Assembly (NCBI RefSeq): GCF_032444005.1
Contig: NC_091285.1
Location: 623,100,001 to 623,164,000, forward strand
DNA: 64,000 nt
Reading direction: 5' to 3'
Source of the DNA: Ranitomeya imitator
Lineage: Eukaryota
Made by a program: the position numbers and the translations under genes. Positions 22,804-34,924 of the stretch are shown here, in pieces. The notes under the pieces are model-generated. The model ran no database searches. It saw only the letters and a list, made by a program, of their open reading frames with translations, and was not told where the DNA came from. Position 1 is the first letter of the stretch, and every line of letters begins with the position of its first letter.

Positions 22804-23700
22804 ATGGACATTCAAGGTCTGTCCTCTTGGGTGGATAATCTCACTACAAGGGTACAAAACATTCAAGATTTTGTTGTTCAGAATCCGATGTTAGAGCCTA
22901 GGATTCCAATTCCTGATTTGTTTTTTGGTGATAGATCTAAGGCTATGTTCACATTAGCGTTGCGCGCCGGTGCGTCGGCGATGCAACGGCGACGCAACGC
23001 ACGACGCACAAAAAACGCGCGCAAAAACGCTGCGTTTTGCGACGCGTGCGTCGTTTTTTGACGAAAATCGGACGCACGAAAAATGCAACTTGTTGCATTT
23101 TCTTGCGTCCGACGCTAGCGTCGAAAACGACGCATGTGTCGGAAAACGCAACAAAAAACGCACGCGTACCCCATGTTAAACATAGGGGTGCGTCGCCGCT
23201 GCGTCGCCGACGCAACAGCGACGCACATTAGCGGAACGCTAATGTGAACGTAGCCTAAGTTCTTGAATTTCAAAAATAATTGTAAATTGTTTCTTGTCTT
23301 GAAACCTCGCTCCTCAGGTGACCCTGTTCAACAAGTAAGGGTCATTATTTCTTTGTTACGTGGTGACCCTCAAGACTGGGCATTTTCCCTTGCGCCAGGA
23401 GATCCGGCATTGCGTGATGTTGATGCGTTTTTCCTGGCGCTTGGATTGCTTTATGATGAACCTAATTCAGTGGATCAGGCAGAGAAAATCTTGCTGGCTC
23501 TGTGTCAGGGTCAGGATGAAGCGGAGATATATTGTCAGAAGTTTAGAAAGTGGTCTGTGCTCACTCAGTGGAATGAATGTGCCCTGGCAGCAATCTTCAG
23601 AAAGGGTCTCTCTGAAGCCCTTAAGGATGTCATGGTGGGATTTCCCATGCCTGCTGGTCTGAATGAGTCACTAAGCGGTTCGCTAGGTCTGCCACCATTG
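22804..23700 (+). pseudogene. Gag (RTL1/PEG10-like), split by a MITE and apparently truncated at its 3' end
   Basis: MDIQGL...FFGDRSK|FLNFKNNCKL...LRGDPQDWA is rejoined when 22941-23258 is removed. Confidence 0.85.
22941..23255. mobile_element. Harbinger-type MITE (315 bp)
   Basis: TIR GGCTA(T/C)GTTCACATTAGCGTT; exact TAA TSD at 22938-40 and 23256-58; the empty site restores the gag frame. Confidence 0.93.
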
Positions 23701-23764
23701 GTACGGTACAGTCTAAATTTCTATTGTCCGTTACTCTGATTTGCTCTTTGTCATCCTATTCTGT

Positions 23765-26700
23765 TATGGCATTTGTGGATTCGGGTGCTGCCCTGAATTT
23801 GATGGACTTGGAGTATGCTAGGCGCTGTGTTTTTTCTTGGAGCCCTTGCAGTATCCTATTCCATTGAGAGGAATTGATGCTACGCTTTTGGCCAAGAATA
23901 AGCCTCAGTACTGGACCCAATTGACCATGTGCATGGCTCCTGCACATCAGGAGGATATCCGCTTTCTGGTGTTGCATAATCTGCATGATGTGGTCGTTTT
24001 GGGGTTGCCATGGCTACAGGTTCATAATCCAGTATTGGACTGGAAATCTATGTCTGTGTCCAGCTGGGGTTGCCAGGGGGTACATGGTGATGTTCCATTT
24101 TTGTCTATTTCGTCTTCCACTCCTTCTGAAGTTCCAGAGTTTTTGTCGGATTATCGGGATGTATTTGATGAGCCCAAAGCCAGTGCCCTACCTCCTCATA
24201 GGGATTGCGATTGTGCAATTAATTTGATTCCTGGTAGTAAGTTTCCTAAGGGCCGATTGTTCAATTTATCTGTGCCAGAACACGCCGCTATGCGGAGTTA
24301 TATAAAGGAATCCTTGGAGAAAGGCCATATTCGCCCGTCGTCATCACCGTTAGGAGCAGGTTTCTTTTTTGTGGCCAAGAAGGATGGTTCTTTGAGACCT
24401 TGTATTGAATACCGCCTTCTTAATAAAATTACAGTCAAATTTCAGTATCCTTTGCCGTTGCTGTCTGATTTGTTTGCTCGTATTAAAGGGGCTAGTTGGT
24501 TCACCAAGATAGATCTTCGAGGGGCATATAATCTTGTGCGTATTAAACAAGGCGATGAATGGAAAACAGCATTTAATACGCCCGAGGGCCATTTTGAGTA
24601 CCTGGTTATGCCATTCGGGCTTTCCAATGCTCCATCAGTATTTCAGTCCTTTATGCATGACATCTTCCGAGAGTACCTGGATAGATTCATGATTGTGTAT
24701 TTGGATGATATTTTGGTCTTTTCGGATGATTGGGAGTCTCATGTGAAGCAGGTCAGAATGGTGTTCCAGGTCCTTCGTGCGAATTCCTTGTTTGTGAAGG
24801 GGTCAAAGTGTCTCTTTGGAGTTCAGAAGGTTTCATTTTTGGGGTTCATTTTTTCCCCTTCTACTATCGAGATGGACCCTGTTAAAGTCCAGGCCATTTA
24901 CGATTGGACTCAGCCGACATCTGTGAAGAGCCTGCAAAAGTTCCTGGGCTTTGCTAATTTTTATCGGCGCTTCATCGCTAATTTTTCTAGTGTTGCTAAA
25001 CCGTTGACTGATTTGACCAAGAAGGGTGCTGATGTGGTCAATTGGTCTTCTGCAGCTGTAGAGGCTTTTCAGGAGTTGAAGCGTCGTTTTTCTTCTGCCC
25101 CTGTGTTGTGCCAGCCAGATGTTTCGCTCCCGTTTCAGGTTGAGGTTGATGCTTCTGAGATTGGAGCAGGGGCTGTTTTGTCGCAAAGAAGTTCTGATGG
25201 CTCGGTGATGAAGCCATGTGCTCTCTTTTCTAGAAAGTTTTCGCCTGCTGAGCGTAATTATGATGTTGGTAATCGAGAGTTGTTGGCCATGAAGTGGGCA
25301 TTCGAGGATTGGCGTCATTGGCTTGAAGGAGCCAAGCATCGCGTGGTGGTCTTGACAGATCACAAGAATTTGACTTATCTTGAGTCTTCCAAACGGTTGA
25401 ATCCGAGACAGGCTCGATGGTCGTTATTTTTCTCCCGTTTTGATTTTGTGGTTTCGTACCTTCCGGGCTCTAAGAATGTGAAGGCTGATGCCCTGTCAAG
25501 GAGTTTTGTGCCTGACTCTCCGGGTGTTCCTGAGCCGGCGGGTATTCTCAAAGAGGGGGTAATTTTGTCTGCCATCTCCCCTGATTTGCGGCGGGTGCTG
25601 CAAAAATTTCAGGCTGATAGACCTGACCGTTGCCCAGCGGAGAAACTGTTGGTCCCTGATAGATGGACTAGTAGAGTTATCTCTGAGATTCATTGTTCAG
25701 TGTTGGCTGGGCATCCTGGAATCTTTGGTACCAGAGATTTGGTGGCTAGATCCTTTTGGTGGCCGTCTTTGTCACGGGATGTGCGTTCTTTTGTGCAGTC
25801 CTGTGGGACTTGTGCTCGGGCTAAGCCCTGCTGTTCTCGTGCCAGTGGGTTGCTTTTGCCCTTGCCGGTCCGGAAGAGGCCCTGGACGCATATTTCTATG
25901 GATTTTATTTCGGATCTCCCCGTCTCTCAAAAGATGTCGGTCATTTGGGTGGTTTGTGATCGCTTTTCTAAGATGGTCCATTTGGTACCTTTATCTAAAT
26001 TGCCTTCCTCCTCTGATTTGGTGCCATTGTTTTTCCAGCATGTGGTTCGTTTGCATGGTATCCCGGAGAACATCGTTTCTGACAGAGGTTCCCAGTTTGT
26101 TTCGAGGTTTTGGCGATCCTTTTGTGCTAGGATGGGCATTGATTTGTCTTTTTCCTCGGCTTTCCATCCTCAGACAAATGGCCAAACCGAACGAACTAAT
26201 CAAACTTTGGAAACATATCTGAGATGCTTTGTTTCTGCTGATCAGGATGATTGGGTGTCCTTTTTGCCGTTGGCTGAGTTCGCCCTTAATAATCGGGCCA
26301 GCTCGGCTACTTTGGTTTCGCCGTTTTTCTGAAATTCTGGTTTCCATCCTCGTTTCTCTTCAGGGCAGGTTGAGTCTACGGACTGTCCTGGTGTAGATAC
26401 TGTGGTGGATAGGTTGCAGCAGATTTGGACTCATGTGGTGGACAATTTGACATTGTCCCAGGAGAAGGCTCAACGTTTCGCTAACCGCCGGCGCTGTGTG
26501 GGTCCCCGACTTCGTGTTGGGGATTTGGTTTGGTTGTCGTCTCGTTATGTTCCTATGAAGGTTTCCTCTCCTAAGTTTAAGCCTCGTTTCATTGGTCCGT
26601 ATAAGATTTCTGAGGTTATCAATCCTGTGTCATTTTGTTTGGCCCTTCCAGCTTCTTTTGCCATCCATAATGTGTTCCATAGGTCGTTATTGCGGAGATA

Positions 26701-26975
26701 CGTGGCGCCTGTGGTTCCATCCGTTGATCCTCCTGCCCCGCCGGTGTTGGTTGAGGGGGAGTTGGAGTATGTGGTGGAGAAGATTTTGGATTCTCGTATT
26801 TCGAGACGGAAACTCCAGTACCTGGTCAAGTGGAAGGGTAATGGTCAGGAAGATAATTCCTGGGTTTTTGCCTCTGATGTTCATGCTGCCGATCTGGTTC
26901 GTGCCCTTCATTTGGCTCATCCTGGTCGGACTGGGGGCTCTGGTGAGGGTTCGGTGACCCCTCCTCAAGGGGGGG
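23765..26975 (+). pseudogene. Pol: protease (FVDSGA), RT (YLDD), RNase H, integrase, chromodomain
   Basis: 831-aa ORF 23837-26332 preceded by a frameshifted protease; premature TGA at 26330-32; chromodomain YVVEKILDSR...YLVKWKG downstream. Confidence 0.92.
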
Positions 26976-27741
26976 GTACTATTGTGAATTCTGTTGTCGG
27001 GCTCACTCCTGTGGTCATGAATGGTACTTCGGCTGGTTCTGTCCATGGACTTCCTCTGGTGGGTGTTTCTGAGTTTCCTTCCACAGGTGACGAGGTTAAT
27101 TCGTTAGCTGGCTGCTCTATTTAACTCCACTTAGATCTTTGCTCCATGCCACCTGTCAATGTTCCAGTATTGCGGAGGGTCTTTTTGCGCCCTCTGCGTG
27201 GTCTTTTTGTAGGTTTTTGTGCTGACCGCAAAGCAACCTTTCCTATCCTCAGTCTGTTCAGTAAGTCGGGCCTCACTTTGCTAAATCTATTTCATCTCTG
27301 TGTTTGTATTTTCATCTTTACTCACAGTCATTATATGTGGGGGGCTGCCTTTTCCTTTGGGGAATTTCTCTGAGGCAAGGTAGGCTTTATATTTCTATCT
27401 TCAGGGCTAGATAGTTCCTTAGGCTGTGCCGAGTTACATAGGGAGCGTTAGGAGCAATCCACGGCTATTTCTACTGTGTTTGATAGGATTAGGGATTGCG
27501 GTCAGCAGAGTTCCCACGTCCCAGAGCTCGTACTTTATTATCAGTAACTATCAGGTCTTTCCGTGTGCTCTTAACCACCAGGTCCATTATTGTCCTGACC
27601 ACCAGGTCATAACACACACTATTGTCACAGCTAGTGGCTAACTAAGAATCACAGTGATGTAACAGCTAGTGGCTAATGACCACACAAATGTAACAGCAAG
27701 TGGCTAAGGACCATAGTAATCTCACAGCTAGTGGCTAACTA

Positions 27742-30412
27742 CAGTCATGGCCGAAAGTGTTGGCATCCCTGAAATTGTTACAGAAAATTATTTCTCCCAG
27801 AATAGTATTGCAAATACACATGTTTTGTTATACACGTTTATTTCCTTTGTGTGTACTGGAACAACACAAAAAAAACTGAAAAAAGGCAATTTGGACATAA
27901 TTTCACACAAAACCCAAAAGTTGGACGGACAAAATTGTTGGCACCTTTCCAAAATTGTGGGTAAACAGCCTTGTTTCAAGCATGTTATGCTCGTTCAAAC
28001 TTACCTGTGGCAAGTAATAGTTGTGGGCAATATGAAAATCACACCTGAAACCAGATAAAAAGGGGAGAAATTGATTCAGTCTTTGCATTCTGTGTCTATT
28101 TGTGCCAGACTAACCATGGAGAACAAAAAGAGGAGAAAAGAATTGTCTGAGAAATTGAGAACGACAATTTTTTAAAATATCAACACTCTCAGGCCGGCGT
28201 CACACACAGCGTAAAACAATACGGTCCGTATATTACGGCCGTAATACGCTAAAAAGTCCCCAAAATAGTGGTCCGTAGCTCCTCCGTAGGCAGGGTGTTT
28301 CAGTGTTTTTTGCGCATGGCATCCTCCGTATGTAATCCGTATGGCATCCGTACTGCGTGTTTTTCTCGCAGGCTTGCAAAACCAACATACCGCTATAGAA
28401 GGGATCCATGTGTCACAAAAAAAAAATATATATATATACTGTCTCACTCTCTCTCTCTATATATATATATATATCAGTAGACACATATATATATATATAT
28501 TAATATTTCTTCCAGCGCGAGATAGCTTTAAAGCCGGTAATTCAATTACTGGCTTTTGCTATCTCCTTCCTAAACCCGACATGATATGAGACATGGTTTA
28601 CACACAGTAAACCATCTCATATCCCCCTTTTTTTGCATATTCCACACTACTAATGTTAGTAGTGTGTATATGCAAAATTTGGCCGTTCTATCTACTAAAT
28701 TAAAGGGTTAAATGGCGGAAAAAATTGGCGTGGGCTCCCGCGCAATTTTCCCCGCCAGAGTAGTAAAGCCAGTGACTGAGGGCAGATATTAATAGCCTGG
28801 AGAGGGTCCACAGTGATTGGCCCCCCCCTGGCTAAAAACACCTGCCCCCAGCCACCCCAGAAAAGGCACATCTGGAAGATGCGCCTATTCTGGCACTTGG
28901 CCACTCTCTTCCCATTCCCGTGTAGCGGTGGGATATGGGGTAATGAAGCGTTAATGGCACCTTGCTATTGTAAGGTGACATTAAGCCAAATTAATAATGG
29001 AGAGGCGTCAATTATGACACCTATCCATTATTAATCCAATACTAGTAAAGGGTTAAAAAAATACACAAACACATTATTAAAAATTATTTTAATGAAATAA
29101 AAACAAAGGTTGTTGTAATATTTAATTCAATGCCCAATCCAATCACTGAAGACCTTCGTTCTGTAACAAAAAAAAACATAATAAACCAACAATATCCTTA
29201 CCTTCCGCAGATCTGTAAATGTAAATCCATCTGAAGTGGTTAAAATATTTTGCAGCCACGAGCTTTGCTAATGCAACGTTGTTCGTGGCTGCAAAACCCC
29301 GGGGAATGAAGGTAAAGTAGGTCAATGACTTATATTTAGCTTAATTTGCGGTGAGGCGCCCTCTGCTGGTTGTTCCTAGATCGTGGGAATTTTCCTAGAA
29401 AGCTCCCAGGCTCGACTTCATAAGAGGCGCCCTCTGCTGGTTGTCCTCATATGAACTCGAGCCTGGGAGCTTTCTTGGAAAGTTCCCACGATCTAGGAAC
29501 AACCAGCAGAGGGCGCCTCACCGCAAATGAAGGTAAATATAGGTCATTGACCTACTTTACCTTCATTCCTCGGGGTTTTGCAGCCACGAACAACGTTGCA
29601 TTAGCTAAGCTTGTGGCTGCAAAATGTTTTAACCCCTTCAGATGGATTTACATAGTTGGACTTTACAGATCTGCGGAAGGTATGGATATTGTTGGTTTAT
29701 TATGTTTTTTTTTGTTACAGAACGAGGGTCTTCAGTGATTGGATATGGGGGTTGAATAAAATATTACAACAACCTTTGTTTTGATTTCATTAAAATAATT
29801 TTTAATAATGTGTTTGTGTATTTTTTTTAACCCTTTACTAGTATTGGATTAATAATGGATAGGTGTCATAATTGACGCCTCTCCATTATTAATTTGGCTT
29901 AATGTCACCTTACAATAGCAAGGTGGCATTAACCCTTCATTACCCCATATCCCACAGCTACACGGGAATGGGAAGAGAGTGGCCAAGTGCCAGAATAGGC
30001 GCATCTTCCAGATGTGCCTTTTCTGGGGTGGCTGGGGGCCGGTGTTTTTAGCCAGGGGGGGGGGAACAATAACCGTGGACCCTCTCCAGGCTATTAATAT
30101 CTGCCATCAGTCACTGGCTTTACTACTCTGGCGGAGAAAATTGCGCGGGAGCCCACGCCAATTTTTTCCGCCATTTAACCCTTTAATTTAGTAGATAGAA
30201 CGGCCAAATTTTGCATATACACACTACTAACATTAGTAGTGTGGAATATGCAAAAAAAATGGGGATATGAGATGGTTTACTGTATGTAAACCATGTCTCA
30301 AATCATGTCGGGTTTAGGAAGGAGATAGCAAAAGCCGGTAATTGAATTACCGGCTTTAAAGCTATCTCGCGCTAGAAGAAATATTAATATATATACATAT
30401 ATGTGTTTCACT

Positions 30413-30465
<53 letters not shown>

Positions 30466-31023
30466 ATTCTATGTGTACACATTTATTCTACCTATTCTAC
30501 TGTAAGCTGTCAGTGTGATTTTACTATACACCGCACTGAATTGCCGGCTTTTCTCTCTAACACCGCTGCGTATTTCTCGCAAGTCACACTGCTGGTCCGT
30601 GTGTAATCCGTATTTTTCAGGCTTCCATAGACTTTCATTGGCGTATTTCTTGCGCAGTACGGTGACAAACGCAGCATGCTGCGATTTTCTACGGCCGTAG
30701 AAAGCCGTATAATACGGATCAGTAAAATACGGCAGATAGGAGCTGGGGCATAGAGAATATTTGTGCCGTTTGTTTTGCGAGTTTTAGGGACGTATTTTCT
30801 GCGCTCATACGTCCGTAAAACTCGCAAGTGTGACGGCGGCCTCAAGGGTATAAGTCCATCTCCAGAATTCCTCAGTTTTTTTGTGTTGTTCCAATACCCA
30901 CAAATGAAATACAAGTGTATAACAAAACATGTGTAATTGCAATAATTATTATTATTATTATAGGAAAAATACTTAAATTTTCTGGAAATATTTCAAGGGT
31001 GCCAACACTTTCAGCCATGACTG
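27742..31023 (+). mobile_element. Internally deleted Tc1 element
   Basis: TA flanks; TIR CAGTCATGGC(C/T)GAAAGTGTTGGCA extending to about 150 bp of inverted similarity; transposase start MENKKRRKELSE...SQGYKSISR split by a MITE. Confidence 0.88.
28192..30841. mobile_element. Harbinger-type non-autonomous element with a 2-kb internal palindrome, related to 3706-18969
   Basis: Exact TCA TSD at 28189-91 and 30842-44; TIR GGCCGGCGTCACAC; subterminal 30600-30841 resembles 18740-18969. Confidence 0.9.
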
Positions 31024-33373
31024 TAAGAAAAACAGTGACCTAATAACTGGTGGCTAATGACCACAATTAACTCACAACTAGTGGTTAAAGACCATAGTAA
31101 TTTCACAGCTATCAAAATTATATTTTAACATATTTGACATTTTTGATAAATATACTATGTAAGAAGAACATCTATTTAACCCCTTAACCCCCAGAACTTT
31201 TTCGGTTATGCTTTTTCGTTTTTCGCTCCCCTCTTTCCAAGAACCATAAATTTGTATTTTTCTGTCAATATGGCCATGTGAGGGGTTATTTTTTGCGGGA
31301 CGAGTTGTACTTTTGAAAAACACCATTGGTTTTATCATGTCTTGTACTAGAAAAAGGGAAAAAAATTCCAAGTGCAGTGAAGTTGCAAAAAAAAGTGCAA
31401 TCCCAGACTTGTTTTTTGTTTGGCTTTTTTGCTAGGTTTACTATATGCCAAAACTGACCTGCCATTATGATTCTCAAGGTCATTATATCATTATATCACT
31501 GTTCAGGGACCATCCCAGAGGATGATAATTTATGCACTGAATTAATACCTTCACACCGAAGGGGTATGGAGGTATAGAGATCTTTAACGTCAAACGAGAC
31601 AAGAAGAGAATCCCTGGGTATTGTATGCAACTCTCTAATTATGTTCAAAAAATCACCCATGTCTAGAATAAACAAGGGTGTCTTGCGAATCAGAGGTGTT
31701 AGGACTTTTTCTAAAAATATAGAAAGCGGGGATAAGATGGACTCCGTGGATGCCACTATAGGTCTCCCTGGGGGTCGACTGAGGTTCTTATGGATCTTCG
31801 GGAGGATGTAGAAAACCGGGGTAATCGGATGATTTTTATTAAAGTACTCCCGTGTTTTGTAAGTCAAGTACCCCTAGTTTCGAGTATTTGGATAAAACCC
31901 CTGAAATGAGTTCCCTGATTTGTGGTGTTGGATCCCTGGATAATTCAACATAGGTGGAGGTGTCCTGAAGTTGTCTCAGGATCTCCTGAACATAGTATGA
32001 TTTGTCCATCACCACAATAGCTCCCTCCTTATCTGCCGGTTTAATAATGAGACTAGAATCCTCTTGAAGGGATTTTAAGGCTTGACGATCCGTAACAGAC
32101 AAGCTGGGAGGATAGTGTAGCGATCCACGGTCAATATCTCTACGGAGGTCAGAAAAAGATTGATTAACGAAGCCAATAAATGCTTCTAGGGCATGGGAAC
32201 CATGGGGAGGTCAAAAGAAACTCTTAGGCCGCAGGCCTAGACCGATAGCTGTCAGAGGACCCTGACCCTCCTCAGTTTCTGCCCTGAGGGTCTCTTGTGA
32301 TGGGGAGTCGGCAAAATATGCTTTCAATCTCAAGCGGCGGAAAAAGCGACATAGGTCCATTTCTAAATCAAAAGTGTTAAGGTTCTGAGCAGGACAAAAG
32401 GAAAGACCTTTCAGTAACACATTATGCTCAGATATACCCAGAGTTCTAGATGATATATTTACCACCAGTGGCCAAGTACCTGTGAGCGAGTCATGTGCGG
32501 GTGGATCATTCCTTTTTCCTTGATCCATGTCCTCTTCTTGTCCTTTTTTCCTTCTTTGTTGTTTCCTTCGCTGTTCGAAAAAACGGGCGGAGGATGGTGG
32601 ATCCCTCCTTTCTGTTTTGGAGCCGGAGGTAGACAGTTCTGTGGATGATCTGAAGGTAGTACGGGATGGAGGTCGTCTGAGTGAGGGTTTGTTGCGCCAT
32701 CTATACACCCGATCTAATTGGTAGTCCTCTGCGTCATGAGCAAATTTATATCTTTTTTTCTGTTCAGTGTCCTTTTTATGCTGGTCTATAACAGTTTGGA
32801 TCTGAGCTTTCAGGGCAGTAAATTCTTCTGGAGTGCTTGCAGCCATCAGTTGCGCTTCAATATTTTTGATATGCTCAGAACTTGTTGTTATAGCCTTATG
32901 TAGATGTTCTATTGTGAGGGTGATAGGGTCAAAAGAACATTTATTCAATATTTTCTCAAATTTCATACAATAATCAGGGGAATTGCTGACGAGAGTGGGG
33001 CGCAAAGGAACCCTTAATCCCCGTGGAATGCGTTGAACTTCCAGATACTCCGTGAGAGTGGCACAATGTAACTCAATATTAACGTTGTGACGTAGCTCGC
33101 GTTCCAAGTCTCTCCCCCGGGTTTCCCTGGGGGGAACTTTAAGGAACTCACTAGAGATGGTGGTCTGGGCAATAATACTAGAACTTTCCTCTGCGTTGTA
33201 AGAGAAAACAAGAGACGACATGGCCTCACGGAGTGCAACACGTAAAGGAATAGCAGTGTAGAGGAAAACCACGTGCACTATCCGGAAATGGTCCCTTAGT
33301 AGTGTCCAAAGCCGTATATAGTGAAAGATAAACTTAGGCACTCAACTTAAATGGAGTTTTTTTGTAATTTATT

Positions 33374-33428
33374 GTAGTCATCAAAATAAACGTTTCGGCC
33401 TCAATGCTTGGCCTTCTTCAGTAACTAC
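33374..33428 (-). ncRNA. Hammerhead-ribozyme-like motif (type I minimal variant) in the PLE family 1 pLTR
   Basis: GTAGTTA-CTGAAGA-A-GGCC(AAGCATTGA)GGCC-GAAA-CGT-T...TGACTAC; stem I is imperfect; the copy at 45436-45490 has a broken stem II. Confidence 0.6.
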
Positions 33429-34924
33429 ATGCAAAAGAGAGTGTATTTACAAAATATAACAAAACTGTTGGTCAACCAACATATAGGCGGTGTATGACAA
33501 AATAAAGTATATACAAAGAATGGGGGAAGGGGAGAGGGAGGAGAGATATATTTAACAATAAGGCCTAATAGTATTTAGGATACCTAGAAAGCAGAGAAAA
33601 TAGCGTATTATGCTCAGACAAAATGCACTCAACGAACAATCGGTACAGCTGGAATATGCACCCTAGACAAAATGAACCCCATTAATAGACAAGGTAAGCT
33701 TGTTTAATTGTCAACATACCAATTTCCTTAAGGAAGATATAGAAGCGTCCCTTGGACGTGATGTGGGATGCACGGCATTAGTGCTGTAATAAGGTGAATA
33801 AATTCAGGAACAGTGAGTGCCCATATACAGTGTACTATATGGAGTGTATAGGTAGCTGCAAAATAGAAGGTAAGATTACCAGTATGAGCTGCTCGAGGTA
33901 ATGAAGTCTGGGCTATAGTGTCCACAATTAGTTATCTGCAAGGAAATGTGATGGGTCCTTATATAGCAGGTTCCGGAGGAAAATGAGGGAGGTAGTGTCA
34001 CAGTAAAACATGGCAGCATTAACTCACCAAGAGACCGGTGGCGGCTTGTGCTAGTGCGACGCGGTGTCCACCGCTAGTCTGCAATAGTCAGCAGGATGTG
34101 ACGTGCTTAAGTGCAGGATGGGCGGGGCTAAACAAGCCGGTCATGTGATCGGCATAGCTGTGCAAAAAGAAAAGTGAAGCGGCTAGGTTGTGCTGTCCAC
34201 AGTGGAAGTATTTGCGTCCCAGCAGACATATTGAGAGAGGCTGATGATGATCTTACAGGCTCCTGAGTCATTGTGATGTATCGCTTATGAACAGAGGTGC
34301 ACACAGGGTGAAGATGTGTAGACGGACGAGCAGACAGTATCATAAACGTTCTCAGTACAAACGACTCTGCAAATAAGAATGCAATAATCAGAATCATGCA
34401 TAATAATCATGGCATATTATCTTGATACATTATCTATATGAGCCAATTGAGGCCTGTATGATCAGGGTACTTGAATGGGGTACCTGGGTGGATTATAGAG
34501 TACAGTACTTATATAAATGACATCAAGTCATAGTCCCTATTTAACCCACGAGGGTGCAGGGTATTGAGTGTGTATCCAATATGCCTCTCTTTGTTTTAAC
34601 AGTCTAACACGGTCCCCTCCTCGCCTAGGAATAGAGACCTGTTCAATTATCTGAAAACTCAGTTGTGAGACTTTGTGATTATGATCAATGAAATGTTTCA
34701 GGATAGGCAGTAAGAGATTTTTACACCTCACGGTAGACTTGTGCTTTGAGATCTGGTCCTTAATAGACTGAGTGGTTTCGCCTACGTAACCTAGACCGCA
34801 GGGGCATTTAATTAGATAAACCACATTGGAAGTATCACACGTGCAGTAATCTTTGATCTTGAACTGTTTACCCGAGTGGGGGTGAAAGATGGAACTGCCT
34901 TTCTGTACATTGCCACACTGGTTA

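Larger units (their letters stand above)
22032..27614 (+). mobile_element. Ty3/Gypsy chromovirus (Tf1/sushi-like) LTR retrotransposon, defective
   Basis: 635-bp LTRs at 22032-22666 and 26980-27614 (about 7 differences by eye); PPT GGGGGGGTAC before the 3' LTR; gag, PR, RT, RH, IN and chromodomain present; flanks CACAGT/CACACT. Confidence 0.95.
21962..31112. repeat. 31-bp minisatellite (CACAGTAATCTCACAGCTAGTGGCTAAGGAC) split into three pieces (about 21962-22031, 27615-27741, 31026-31112) by Gypsy and Tc1 insertions
   Basis: The same unit is visible on both sides of both insertions. Confidence 0.8.
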
